Below, one piece after another: positions 26,755 through 40,700 of a stretch of 64,000 nt of DNA. The stretch covers positions 19,718,001 to 19,782,000 of the forward strand of contig CM097885.1 in NCBI GenBank assembly GCA_044892525.1, read 5' to 3'. Made by a program: the position numbers and the translations under genes. The DNA is from Schmidtea polychroa. Lineage: Eukaryota. Positions within the stretch are counted from its first letter, which is position 1. Each line of letters begins with the position of its first letter. Below the pieces are notes generated by a model that saw only the letters and a list, made by a program, of their open reading frames with translations, searched no databases and was not told the origin of the DNA.

Positions 26755-27120
26755 TTTTTTTTTACATTTTTATTTAGATTATTATTTACATTTTTAATTA
26801 TATGTTCTGCGCTAATCGCATCATTATTTACAGTTTTATTTACATTTTTATTTACAGTTTTATGTTCTGCGCTAATCGCATCATTATTTACAGTTTTATT
26901 TACATTTTTATGTTCTGCGCTAATCGTATCATTATTTACAGTTTTATTTACAGTTTTATTTACATTTTTATTTACAGTTTTATTTAAATTTTTATGTTCT
27001 GCGCTAATCGCATCATTATTTACATTTTTATTTGCATTTTTATTTACATTTTTATTTACATTTTTATTTAAATTTTTATGTTCTGCGCTAATCGCATCAT
27101 TATTTACATTTTTATTTGCT
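26755..27120 (-). repeat. Coding tandem repeat in the pPolB N-terminal region of Q
   Basis: Repeated TGTTCTGCGCTAATCGCATCATTATTTACA plus 12-bp units, reading NVNNDAISAEHKTVNK on the minus strand. Confidence 0.8.
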
Positions 27121-27600
27121 TTTTATTTATCCGTTTAAAGAGAGTAAGTTTCTTTATAAAAAACTGATTAAGATGGTTACTATGGGTTTTGTAAAAATCA
27201 GTATATTTTATATGTTGGGAAGTCTGGCATGATGGACATAAATAGTATTTGAGTCCATAGAATTTATGGCCATAATATTTTTTCATTGTCTTATGACAAG
27301 ATTTTGAATGCCCAGAAGCCTGGCAGTATCGTGGATATAATTTACCTAATAATGATAAATCCTTAAATATTATTTGAATATTTTTCTAAATATTTATTAC
27401 CAATTTTTAGTAGTTAATCCGTTTTTATTATATAATAATTATAAAACGGATTAATTATTAACAATAAATAAAATTTGGTATATTATTATAAGATAATGTA
27501 GAATAAAAGGTTATTATTATTATTATCATTATTATTATTATTATTATTAGAGATATATGTAGCTGCATGCTCACTGCAGACTACATTAAATGATGTAAAA

Positions 27601-27697
<97 letters not shown>

Positions 27698-28170
27698 ATT
27701 ATTATTTTAACTATTGTAGATGCACATTGCAAACTACAAGGAATATTTATAACTATAGTTTCGTAATCACTTTTTAACATTGTATAATAATTTCATTATT
27801 TTTCAGAAACGTAGTATTTTCTTAATAATAATTTCATAATTTTCGTCATTTTCATCATTTTCTTCATATTTTCATAATTTTCGTCATATTTTCATCATAT
27901 TTTCATCATCATAATTTTCGTCATTTTCATTATTTTCGGCATTTTCATAATCATTTTTATTTTCGTCATCATTTTCTTCATATCATCTTATTCGTCATAT
28001 CATCATTTTCTTCATATCATCATTTTCTTCATATCTTCATTTTTCTTCATATCATCATTTTTCATCATATTCTTCTTATCATCATAATTAATTAACATTT
28101 AATAACATTACAAAAATTTTTATGCAAATGTTTAAAAAGTGATTACGAAAATTGTTTAATTTTTAAAAAA

Positions 28171-28276
<106 letters not shown>

Positions 28277-28586
28277 TCAATTCTTACATTGAGATTCCTC
28301 AAAGGTTATCGTTCCAATCATTTTATTTCATTGTTCGATAGCTCATTTTAAAGCTTAGTGCAAGACCTTTCGAATGAGCTATTGAAGGTATCATCATCAT
28401 TAATATTGACAAAGTTATTATCGTTTTCCCGAGACCATTTTCAAGGTCATTTAATTATTATTATTATTAGTATTAATCTATATACTCCGAGTTTATCCGA
28501 CAAAATATTTTGTCCCCCTATGGGTAATGCTCGTAAGGGTACTGGTCAACTCGCAAGGGTATTATTAAACAAATCAATAAAACACA

Positions 28587-28634
<48 letters not shown>

Positions 28635-28785
28635 GTTTTATCACACACTCATTATACCAATATGAATATAGTTTTCATGGTGTATCAAATCAAAACTCCT
28701 ATTTTTATAGTCTATCAACCAATCAGAACATATGTTATTTCAGTAGTAATATAAATAAAGCAGTATATTAAAAATTATTATAAAA

Positions 28786-31700
28786 ATGTCTCAATTTAGT
28801 GAAAATGTTCTAAACGGAATTGTCACCGCGAATATAGTCGACAGCCTCAATTTCCTGATCAATCGAACTGAACAAATCATTGAAGGTGAACATATCGATT
28901 ATCAGCAAATGATGGAGATAGAATCCCTGGAAACCAAGAAGTATTACTTCAATAGAATATTTCAGTGTCTTTTCGATGAAGACATGAAATGGACAAGGAT
29001 AATTGTAGGATTCACCTACATGAAGATAATCATAGAAAAAAGTTTATGGGACTCCGAGCACTATTATCAGTGGTCTTTAGAAGTAAAATTAGTAGTGTGG
29101 TTATATACCCAACCAAAACAGCCCCCCAACAAAAACATGCCTCCAAATCACTTAAGCTATTAGAAAAACAACCTAAAACTTATACTTTTATAGTATTTTA
29201 ACCCTATATTTTGAAAACAACCACCCTTAATGACTCTAACTGTTTTAATCTTTAAAGCTTCAAACTCAAAAGCTTCAAACTAAAAAGAGAATAGAAAAGA
29301 AAATGGCATTATGAAAAAGTTAGAGGGCTATTTGATCTTTATCAGATTATTGATTTTAAATTATATAAATTAAAAAATAAATGAAAAATAGTAAAACTGC
29401 TCTGAGAGGACAGTGGTATTTTTTTTTTTTTTTTTTTTTTCACTGTCCCCTCAACAGTTTTTTTTGATCCGGATCATTTTTTTTTATTCAACCTCTTTCG
29501 TTTATCAAATCTCTTCCAATATACAAGCTGGCCAGGCTCATAATCAGAATCAATTCGATAATAGCAGCACACCTTATTATTCGCTTCTCGCTCGAATACG
29601 ATTTCATCGGCGTTTTAAGTGTGCTGCTCGAAAGTACAAATGAATTCGAAAGCGAATCCGAAAGAGGTCCGAAAACAACCGAGAAAGGGATCGATCCGGG
29701 GGTGTTCGAAAGACAGGTGGCGATAATTACCGGTTCGCCACCATCACCCGTTTCAATATTTTTTTTTCATATTTATGTTTAAAAAATAAAATAATAAATA
29801 AAATAAATAAAATAAATAAAATAAAATAAAATAAAAATAAATAAAATAAAATATAAATCTAAGATACCCACACTATTATTTTCAAATTTTTAATATTATT
29901 TTATGTTGAAAAAAAACTAACCTCAGATGTGATTTGAACCGCTAGCATTTTGAACCACTGTGTCAGTCTAGCCCACTGCGCTATCTAGGATTGGATTTTT
30001 GTCATTTTTTAAATTTTTATTATAAAAAATGAATAATATAAATCTTAAAAAATAAAATGAAAACAGGGTATCCAATAAAAAATTTTTTTCTAAAAATGAA
30101 TTGTAATATTTGCAATAAAGTTTTTAAAAATAAAACTGGATTAATTTCTCACTTAAAATCGAAAGCTCATTTATTAAAAGAAAATAATCTTAATGATACA
30201 AATTCAAAACTTTGTCTTAAATGTAAAGGAAGATTTCTACATTCTGGATATAATAAACATTTTGAAAATTGTATCGGGAAAAATAGAGAAATATTTACAT
30301 GTCCTCATTGTAACTTTTCAACAAAACTATATTTCTATTATTTAGAACATAGAAAAGAATGTAAAAATAAAAAACAAAATTCTGACGATGAGGAATGTCA
30401 TTCAGAAGGAGAGCCTGATCATGTTGAAAGAGAAAAATATAACTGGGATAATTTTAATCATATAGATGAATTTCAATTAAAAATTAATGGGCCTGCAACT
30501 CCTGGAGAATATATAAATAAAAATAAAAAAAATATTAAAAATTCTTTCACTGAAGCTTTAAAAAATTATAAACCGACAAGGTATAATGTTATAAATATAA
30601 AATTATAATCAAAGCAAAATACTGGCGAGGAGCAGAAGAAAAGACAACACCCTTAGATGTTGAAATTGGAATACCTTTTAAATATTTATTTTCAATTAAA
30701 GGATTTGATAAAACCATCAAAGAAATAATTAAAGCAGCAGAAGCAAAACAAGAGGAAGTAGAAAATGAATTAGGAGATTCAAACTTAGTATTCAACTCTT
30801 TCCAAACTTTAGTGATTGATTATTGGAGAGGATTACCACCCAATCCTAAATCTTATATTCCTACACCCTTTAAATCTAAAAATGTTATAAATGTACAGAA
30901 TAATGATAACAAATGTTTCATCTGGTCAATACTTGCACATTTACATCCTCAAGCAACAAATCCCCAAAGAGTTTCAAAATACAAACAATATGAAAATGAA
31001 TTAATATTTCCCAAAGGATTCAAACACCCAATGAAACTAGAAGACATTCCAGAATTTGAAAAATTAAATAATCTTAAACTTAATATTTATGAACATGTTA
31101 TAGGGAAAGAAATTATTCCAATTTATATTTCAGATAGTGGAACCAAGGATAACGGAGCACAGGACAACGAGATATATCTTTTAATCTTGGAACAAGAAAA
31201 TAATCAACATTATGTTTTAATAAAAAACTTTCAAGCTTTTACATCTCCAGAGAATCCAACTAGTGGAGGAGGAACATGTAAAAGATGTCTTCATTATTCA
31301 ACAACTAAAAACTCTATGATTAAACATACAAGATTTTGTGAAAAAGATGATCCAGCTTTAATTAAAATGCCTAATAATCCCAAGATGTATTTTAAAAACT
31401 TTTCAAATTTACTACAAACAGTTGGAGTTCTTTATGGTGACTTTGAATCTATAAACCATAAACAAGATTTGGTTTATCAATATTTAAAAATAATAGAAAA
31501 AAATAAACTCATGGATTTATGGAACTCCTCAGGAGAGAAGATGAAACCAGAGAGGATGAAAGCCTTTCTAAGAAAAAGAAATAAACCTAATAGTGTTAAA
31601 AAAACTAAACAATTACCATCTGCTTATAAATTATTATTTAAAAGTAATTATCCTGAACTCATAGAATCTAGAGAATATTCAATTCTAGGAGGTACCCCTG

Positions 31701-34700
31701 AAGAAGTCTTGAATCATTTTACTAAAAATATAAATGATCTAGAACATGAAATATTTAAAATATTAAAAACAAAGTATCCTCAAAATATTTCTAATCAACA
31801 ACAACAAGAATATGAAAATACTTCCAACTGTTGGATGTGTAAACAGAATATTCTTCCTGATGAAAAAGTTATAGATCATGATCATTTAAAAAAGGAAAAT
31901 AATTATCGAGGAGCAGCTCATAAAAATTGCAATCTTAATTGCCATACTCCTAAATTTATACCTGTTATATTTCATAATCTTTTTGGATATGACATACATC
32001 TATTTATTAAACACCTCGCAGCAAATGCTAAAAACTCTTTCAAAGTTATCGGCTTAACAAAGGAAAAATATAAATCAATTGAATATGGAAAATTAAAATT
32101 TATAGACTCGTTAAACTTTCTCCAAATGTCTTTAGATGCAGTAGCAAAAACAATGAAACCAGAAAATTTTAAAATCACTCGAGAATTCTTGGAAAAAAAT
32201 AATATTCCTCTAGAAGAATATCCTACATGTTTAGCAAAAGGAATATATCCTTATGACTATGTTGACTCGTTTGAAAGATATAATGAAACAAGTCTTCCTA
32301 ACAAAGAAGATTTCTTTTCAAACTTACTACAATCAGGGATTACAGATCAAGAATATTCTCGAGCATTAAAAATGTGGGAATTATTCAAGTGTAAAACTTT
32401 AGGAGAATATACAAGTATGTATTTATCCTTGGATGTTTATATTCTAGCAGATTGCTTTGAAGAATTTACAAACTCTTTTGTTCTTAAACCTTATAATTAT
32501 ATAACTGCACCCTCTTTAGCTTGGGATACTATGTTATATACCATTTGGACTTCAAATATAGAAGATGCTGATAAAATTATAGATCTTTTAACTAACCTCG
32601 ATATGTTTAACCAAATTAAAACAAACATTAGAGGAGGAGTCTCTTCAGTAATGGGGAATAGAGAAATAAAAGCTAGAAATGCAATAACTATTAGCCGAAG
32701 ACTATCTAAACACCCTGATGATCCATATATGAAAATTAACAATGAGGAATTAAAAGAATTATTAGAAACAATGAAAAATCCTATATTTATACTTTATATA
32801 GATGCAACAGCTTTATATTCAGGAATTATGACTCAATTTTTACCAATGGGTGATTTCACTGAAATAGAGAACCCAACAGATGACCTTATGAAAGAAATAC
32901 TTTCAACATCGAAAGATTCTCCAATAGGTTACTTTATAGAATGCGACCTCGACTATCCAGATGATATAAAATCAGGAACAAGATATTTTCCTTTAGCTCC
33001 CATAAGAAGAAAGATTGATATCAACGAACTTTCTGAATGGCAAATCTCACAAGATAAACCTCCAACAATGAAACTTCTTTGTGATCAAACAGATCGAAGG
33101 TTTTATCTTTGTCACTATAGACTCCTCCAATTTTATCTTTCACGAGGAATGATATTAAAAAAAGTTCATAGTGTCATAAGATTTAAACAAGCTCCATTCA
33201 TGAAAGCTTTTATCGAGGAGAACATTAGGTGCCGAAACATTGCAAAAAGAGAAGGTAATCTTTTTAAAGATAATAATTATAAAATTTTAAACAATTCAGT
33301 CTTTGGAAAAACAATGGAGAATGTTGATAAATATACTCATATTGAACTCCTAACAAATACTACCAAAGATATTAAGCGTTATAATCGCATGCTAGGAAAG
33401 CCTACATTTAAAAACGCACAAGTATTTTCTGAAAATCTTACTGCAGTAGAATTAAAAAATTATGAGAAAACATATAACAAACCAATATTTATAGGGTTTA
33501 CAATTTTAGAACTTTCAAAATTACAAATGTATGAAACATATTATAACATCTTACAACCTATATACGGAGCAAATATATCAATGCATGCAATGGATACAGA
33601 TTCAATGTTTTTAACAATAAGAACTCATGATTTACAAAAAGATATGAAAGAAAATCCTATACTTTCAAATTTAATAAATTCATCTGGAGAACTATTTTCG
33701 TTTAAAGATGAAAAACCTTTTACTCCTATAGAAAATGGAATATTTATTCGTGCTAAACAATATTCATACGAAACATTTAGAAACCCTGAATTTATAACTA
33801 GATCATTTATATTTAAAACTCCAGAAACAGAAGAAACCATTACACATAGATATCCTATATTTCCTAAAGGACCAGAGGGACAAGAAGAAAAACCTGTAAA
33901 GGATAACAGATGTAAAGGAATACAGAGAGTGGTTGCAAAGAATCTTTCTCATCAAGATTATATAGATACATTGAATCCAAATCATAAAGATAAAATTGAT
34001 GAAATACATCAACTTAAAAGCGAAAACCATGATATTCACTTGATAGAATCTCAAAAAATATCATTATCAAATTATGATGATAAGAGATTCATACTAAGTG
34101 ATTTAAAGACAACTCTACCTATTGGAAATAATTTAATCCCTATAATAAAAAATCTAGAAAAGTTGAATAAGTTATATGATACAAAGATTACTGATCTTGA
34201 TATTTATAATGTTGAAATTATTTATCCCGAGAGAGAAATCGAGAAACCTTTATATTCTCAAGTTTTTAATCCTATATGTTTAGAACTTAAATATTTTAAT
34301 ACTGATCCTGAATATATAAAAGGTCTAAGTGATAAAGAATTTAAAGATCATAAATTAATGATTCATAGGTTGGCTTTCAACCATAACTGAAACCAACGAT
34401 ATTTAATTTTTTAATAATAAAATGTCGACAATTAATTTAAGCAACTATAGCAACCTGATCTACTTTTTTAAAAATACACCCATTTTATAAGTAAGAATTC
34501 TTTAACCATTTTTCTCGAGATGTTTTTTTATTACTTATAACATTAGCCACCATGCCCTCCCTTTTTAATCTTATAACCTCATTCTTTATATCTTGTATTA
34601 TTTGATTTGATTTCATTATTTCTTCGTCTGTCAGGATTCCATCTTCCAAAGCTTTTAATTGAAATAAAAATAATTTAGAGATTCCTAATTCTATTGATAA

Positions 34701-37700
34701 ACAAACTTCTCTATAAAAACTTTTCTTTTTAGAAGTATAAGATAATGAAACTATTTCAGTTAAGAAACCATCAGCCACAGAAATACTTCCAAGTATTACA
34801 GGTGCAAGAGTAACAACTGGTAAAGTTATGGGTAAAATAACTGTTAATATTGCAGATGCAAATCCTAAAGAATAACCTATAACTTTTAAAACTGTATTCC
34901 CTTTATTCCATCTATTTTTAATTTTTTTATAATGCTTTAATAAATCTTGTAAATGTAAGGTTTCTGATTTAAATTCTTTTACTCTCATAATTTCAAGTTC
35001 TGTGGGAGCCGAGGCCTTGGAAGAATAATATCCTGATGATCTCAATTCTGGGTAAATATTTTCTTCTCTTACTTCTTCCATTTTAATAATTAAAAAAATA
35101 AGACTTTATTCTTCTGAGCACCATCTGGCACCAATACTCGGATATCAAAAGAAACTCTTGTTGAGAGGATATCTTTATACAATTCTCTCAATGCTTTACG
35201 AACTTCATCAACATCAACCTTTTTTTCATAAAATATTAAATCTATATATTGTACAAGTGAACTAGAGAAATGAATATTCTTACTTTTAACTTTATGTAGT
35301 CCATGTGAATGAGTATTAACATACCAATCTCCGTGTGGTAAATCATAACTAGTCATTATAACATCACCCTTTTCAAGCTTACTATTATAATCACATTTCA
35401 CAAACCATTTCATTCTTTCATTATCATCATCAAACAAAAAGAAATAAGGATCAATAATTTTTACAACCATAAAAACACCCCATTCTTTACTGTTTGTTGT
35501 TATTAAACTTGGTTCTATAAAATGTTTATATGTATGGGGTAATAATGTTTTATTCTGTTCTAATTCAGCAGCTCTTTTTCTAATACTATGTGTGGTGTTA
35601 ATGTGTGTTCCATGAGACTCTAAATTTGAAATTCTTTTATTAAATGATGTAATCATCTCATTTATTATTTTATATATTGTATTAAATTTAGTATTCATAA
35701 TTTGTTTATCTTTAGAATTTAATATAGCAGTATTTAACTTTACAACTTGTTCAGTTAACAGACTTTGTAACTTGTCAAATTTATCATTAAATCGTTGTTC
35801 GATATTATTAAGCTTTGATTCCATTGAATCAATTTTTGTTGTTAATGAACTTTCAATTCTTGTTGTTGTTAAATCAGTATATTTTTTAACACCATCTACA
35901 TATTTCTTATTAACTGCATCAGCTTCATCAGTTGGAAAAGATAATTCTTTTATCTTGTGTCCATTTAAAATTAAATCACCCTTCATTGAATCACCTCTTT
36001 CATTAATATATTTATTTTCTGTTAAAGTTAATATTTCTTCTGTATTAAACCCTGTTTTTATTGTTCCACCACCTCTATTACATGGAATATAAGAACTCAT
36101 TTATTAATAATTTAAAATGAATCTTCAAACTTGTTTCAAATGTAAATACATTGAAATCTCTTCTCCATTAAAATCAATCAATTCTCCTTCTTGATTAAGA
36201 ATTTTAAAATTAATATCCATAATATATTTTCTACATAAAGGTAAATAATTTGGAGGATTCATTCTTTCAACTATTTTATATCCCATAGGAACTGTGTTTG
36301 AGGGAAAGGAATATAAAACATTTGTTTGTTTACCATTATTATAAGAACCTGTTATACAATCGCAATGAATATTTATTGTGTTTGTATTTATTATTTTTAT
36401 AATATGTTCTGATGTTATTATTTTATCTTCTTTTATTGTTATATCCATAGGTTTAAATCCTAAAACTGTGTGAAAGAAACAATTATCTAAAAAACTAATT
36501 TTTATATTCTTCAAAGTCATTACACATTTTGAAGTTGGTATATCCATTTTAATTTTAATACCTTCATTTGTTTTTTTAGAAAGTATATCATTTAAATCTT
36601 TTATCTCATATGTCCCAGGTTCTATTGTTATAATTTCTGGTTTATGATCATCACGAGTTTGAATAGTAAATTTATTATTATCTTTAGTTATATTAAAAAT
36701 AGTATTATAAGCACAAAACCATAATAGCCCCAATTCATAATTTAAATTTTGATCTAATTTAATTGAATCTTGAAAGTTTATAGTAAACTCTGATTCTTTT
36801 GAATTTATAGATAAAGTTCTTGAATATTTATCTGACATTATGTTTACCATTTTTTTTAAATTATCTTCCGGAGGGTTGTGAAGCTCCATTTCTTTAGTAG
36901 TAAATTCATATAGTAAAAATCCTTATAGTAAAAATCCTTATAGTAGAGATTCTAGATCATTATAAATTTCTTGAATTATAGATTCAAAATCCTGCGTATG
37001 CCCCTTTCCCTCTCCCTTATTCAATCTATACAAAACATATAAACTTAAAATACCACATATTTTAGTATTCAAAGGTTGAACTTGTAAAGAGTTAAAAGTA
37101 TAACCATTTGGGGAATCAATCGGAGAACCCCTCAAGAGATAATCTTCAACTTCTTTAGTAGGTTTAATCCCAAAAGAATCAAAGTAGATAGATTTCTTAT
37201 ATATACAAACCCAATGAGATCCTTTTTCATTTGAATTTTGATAATTGATTATTATATTCAGGGGACTCTCCAGACTTGATAATTCATCATTCATTAATAT
37301 TTTAATTTTTAAATTTAAATAATTTGCATAATCTTTTAAATCAAAATTTGTTTTTGCATTTATTCCAAATGTTTTTAAAAAATCTAATATTGAAGGAGTC
37401 ATTTTGTATTTTAAAACTTCGTATTTATAACTTCGTATACTTATTAAATTTATCTTTTGAAATTATTCCTTGTTTTAACAAATCTTTAGAAATCTTTAAA
37501 ATATCAGAATCTAAATTATTATGTTCTGCTTTCCTTGCAGCTAATAGTTTTCTTAATTCAATAAAAAGATTGATGGGATTTGGTTTACCACCTTCACTAA
37601 TTAATCCCTCTCCCTCTGTAACAACATAACCCTTTTCATTTTTATTTAAATAATTCTTTAAATCTTGAATATATTTTGCTTTAGAACTAGCTCTTATTAA

Positions 37701-40700
37701 TCTTATTAAATTTAAATATTTTTTAATTTCTTCAACATCATCTGAAGAATATCCACAAAGTAATCTATAAAAATCATCTGTAAATTCAAAGTCTAAATAT
37801 TCATTATTATAAACATTTTGTGAATGAATACGTGATTTATTTTCTGAATTTTAATATAAAGTAAAGTTTTGTTTATTAATTGTTATTATTTGATATCCTT
37901 CAGTATTAGTATTAAATGTGGGTCTAATTGAAGGAGGTAAATCATCTCTAATTTTAGGATCAACTTTAAGAGGTTTTGTTTTTAAAACATTTCTTCTTCT
38001 TCCACATTAGAAATTCTTCTGCGTTTTCTTTGATTTCTTTCAGAATGGTTTTCACTGGATTCTTTTTCTTTATCCTGCCACTCTAGTTCTTTTATTTTTT
38101 GTTTTTTATCTTCTAACTCTTTAAATTTTGCTTGCTCATTGAAATCTTCCAACTCTTTTATAGCTTTAATTGTTGGCCCCTGTTGTTGTGTTATTACCTC
38201 ATTTAATATTATAGATTCAGCATGTTGAGTTGTATCTTTTTTATTATATTTATCTTGTTCTGATTGTAATTTTTTTAAAAGTGCTAATCTTTCTTCATAT
38301 ACCATTTTAATGGTATCAAAAATGGTATCATAGTTCGAAGGGCTTCAAGTATAATCCTTTACCATTTTTAGTTTTACAAAGGCATCCATTCTTTAAAGAT
38401 TTACATATTTTTTTTAAATCTTCTTTATCTTTTGAAGATAAAGATTCAGAAGTAGAAATTTGATTTTTTAAAAAATCATTTAAACCTCTACCTTTATAAG
38501 GATCAAGATAGAGACCTTTGCCCTGAGACTTTTGCCGACTCCCCTCATATGGATTAAGATAGAGACCCTTTCCAACGGACACTCCCCCTTTAGCTTGCCC
38601 TACCTTCTTCATTGAATCGATTTCAGTTTGTAGTTTTTCTTTTTCTAGATTCTTTAGCTTTTTGAACTGTAGTTGCAATTCCTCCAGCTATTCCAGCAGC
38701 ACCTGATAAACCAGCAATGATTGCAGGTATTAAAGCAGCTAATGGAAGAATGCCACCTTCTTTAGCTTCGTGGAGCTTCGCTCTAACTTGTTCTTTTACA
38801 TGTTTTCCAATAAAATATTTTTTACCATCATTTACTACTGATTTATTTTTATTTGAATTTATTAATTCTTGCAAAGATTCTTCAGTTGTCATTTTATAAT
38901 AAACAAAATGGATGTTTGGAAACCAATTTTAAATAGACATAAGAGTAAATTTAATAATAAAGTATTTCCTGATAATTTTAGATTATTAATTGTTGGTTCT
39001 TCTGGATGTGGAAAGAATGTACTTGTTTTGAGAATGTTACTTGAAGATGATTTTTTAGATTATAATAATTTAATCTTTTATTCTACAACCATAAATCAAC
39101 CAGAATTACAACTTTTGAAATGTGGATTTGAAAATAAATTAACTAAAAAAGCAATAATTGATATTTTTAAAAATCAACATAGGTGTCCTGAAGAAGTTTT
39201 TCAACCTTGTGATATGGTTGATTGGCATAAGGAAAAGATTTTAGAATCAGATATTAGTAATAAAAATGATTATATTTGTGAAGAAGGGCAGGAGGCAATT
39301 CAAGTTTTATTCTCTAATAAACCTGAAGATGTTTTACATTGTGATTTACTTCCTAAAGATAAAAAGAATCTAGTTATATTTGATGATGTTGTTAATATGA
39401 AAAATCAAGAGATTCAAAAGAGTTACTTTACACGAGGTCGACATAATAATTGTAATGTTATTTATATATCTCAAACATATTATGCTTTAGATAAAAATTC
39501 AATAAGAAATAATTCCAATTGTTTTATATTTTTTAAATTAGATCGCCGTGATAAGAATATGATTTATAATGATTTATTTTCAAATGTTGAACCTGATAAG
39601 AATATGTTTGATATGTTTGTTGATAATCATTGGAAAGAAAAATATAATTATATTTATTTGGATAGAGAAGAAGCTGAAATATGGAAAAGTTTGTTTTAGG
39701 GCTTGTCGACTTAAAAATCTGTTTTCTGTAGTTCATTATTATAAAATCTACCTAATATTTTTTCATTATTTAAATCAAAGATGCTATATGTTATTGGAGT
39801 TGTATAATGTATTTTATTTATAATAAAAATTTCATTTGTCCATCTTGCTGTGAATCCTTTTTCAAATTTATTTTTATATTTAAATATTCTTACTCGGTCA
39901 CCAATTTTAAACTTTGGTTTTTCAATAACATCATTTTCAATATTTACCACTTTAATGGTTTCAGGCTTCATGGAAGCATTTAAAGGTGTTAATTTTATAG
40001 AACTATGTACATCATTATTATATTCATTTACAATCTTTTGTAACAATTCATTATTCCATTTTTGTTTTCCAATAGCAGTAAAATATTTCCACATTTTATT
40101 TTTTAATGTTCTATTTAATCTTTCAACTACGACTGCTTTTCCTTCGTTTTCTGTTGAATATAATTTAATATCATTTTCATTTAAAAACTTTGTAAAAACT
40201 TTGTTATAAAATTCTGTTCCTTTATCACACCATAAATATTTTGGGATTCTTTGATTTTCTTCAAATATATTTTCAAATGCTTCTGTAATAGAATATCCTG
40301 TTTTATTTTCTAAACATCTTGCAGAAGCAAATCTTGTATATAAATCTATTACAGTTAAAATTATTTTATATTTTTCAGGGTCTGATGATTTGGGCATAAA
40401 GACTAAATCTGCAGACCATGTTTGATCTTTTTCATGTACTTGAACTTTTAAATATTTTTTATTTTTTCTAAATTCATGGTGTAATTCCTTTGCATATTTT
40501 ATTTCTGATTCTGTTGGGGTTTGTAAACTAGTCTTGGCTGTACTCTCGAGGGATCTTTCAATCTCTGCTTGTTCGATAATCTTTTTATAAGCAACATCTT
40601 TTGCTTTCCTAGGAAGTCTTGCACCCATGGTGATCGGACTGTGTCCTAAGCCTATGAAAATCTTACCTTTCATTGCTAATTTAACTAGAGCTCTTTGAAT

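Larger units (their letters stand above)
22636..27345 (-). pseudogene. polB: Protein-primed DNA polymerase B of Q (stop, frameshifts, MITE insertion)
   Basis: IYADFEA, VVFHNLRGYDLH, KGIFPY, YIDINNLYG, KLFNNSLYGK and AGDTDS motifs across ORFs 26028-26483, 24354-25679, 23829-24347 and 22636-23859. Confidence 0.92.
21499..28160 (-). mobile_element. Polinton/Maverick Q, left arm (TIR plus pPolB)
   Basis: Begins AGTAGATGGAT, as does the reverse complement of the end at 60690. Collinear, in inverted orientation, with 52700-60690. Right boundary approximate. Confidence 0.85.
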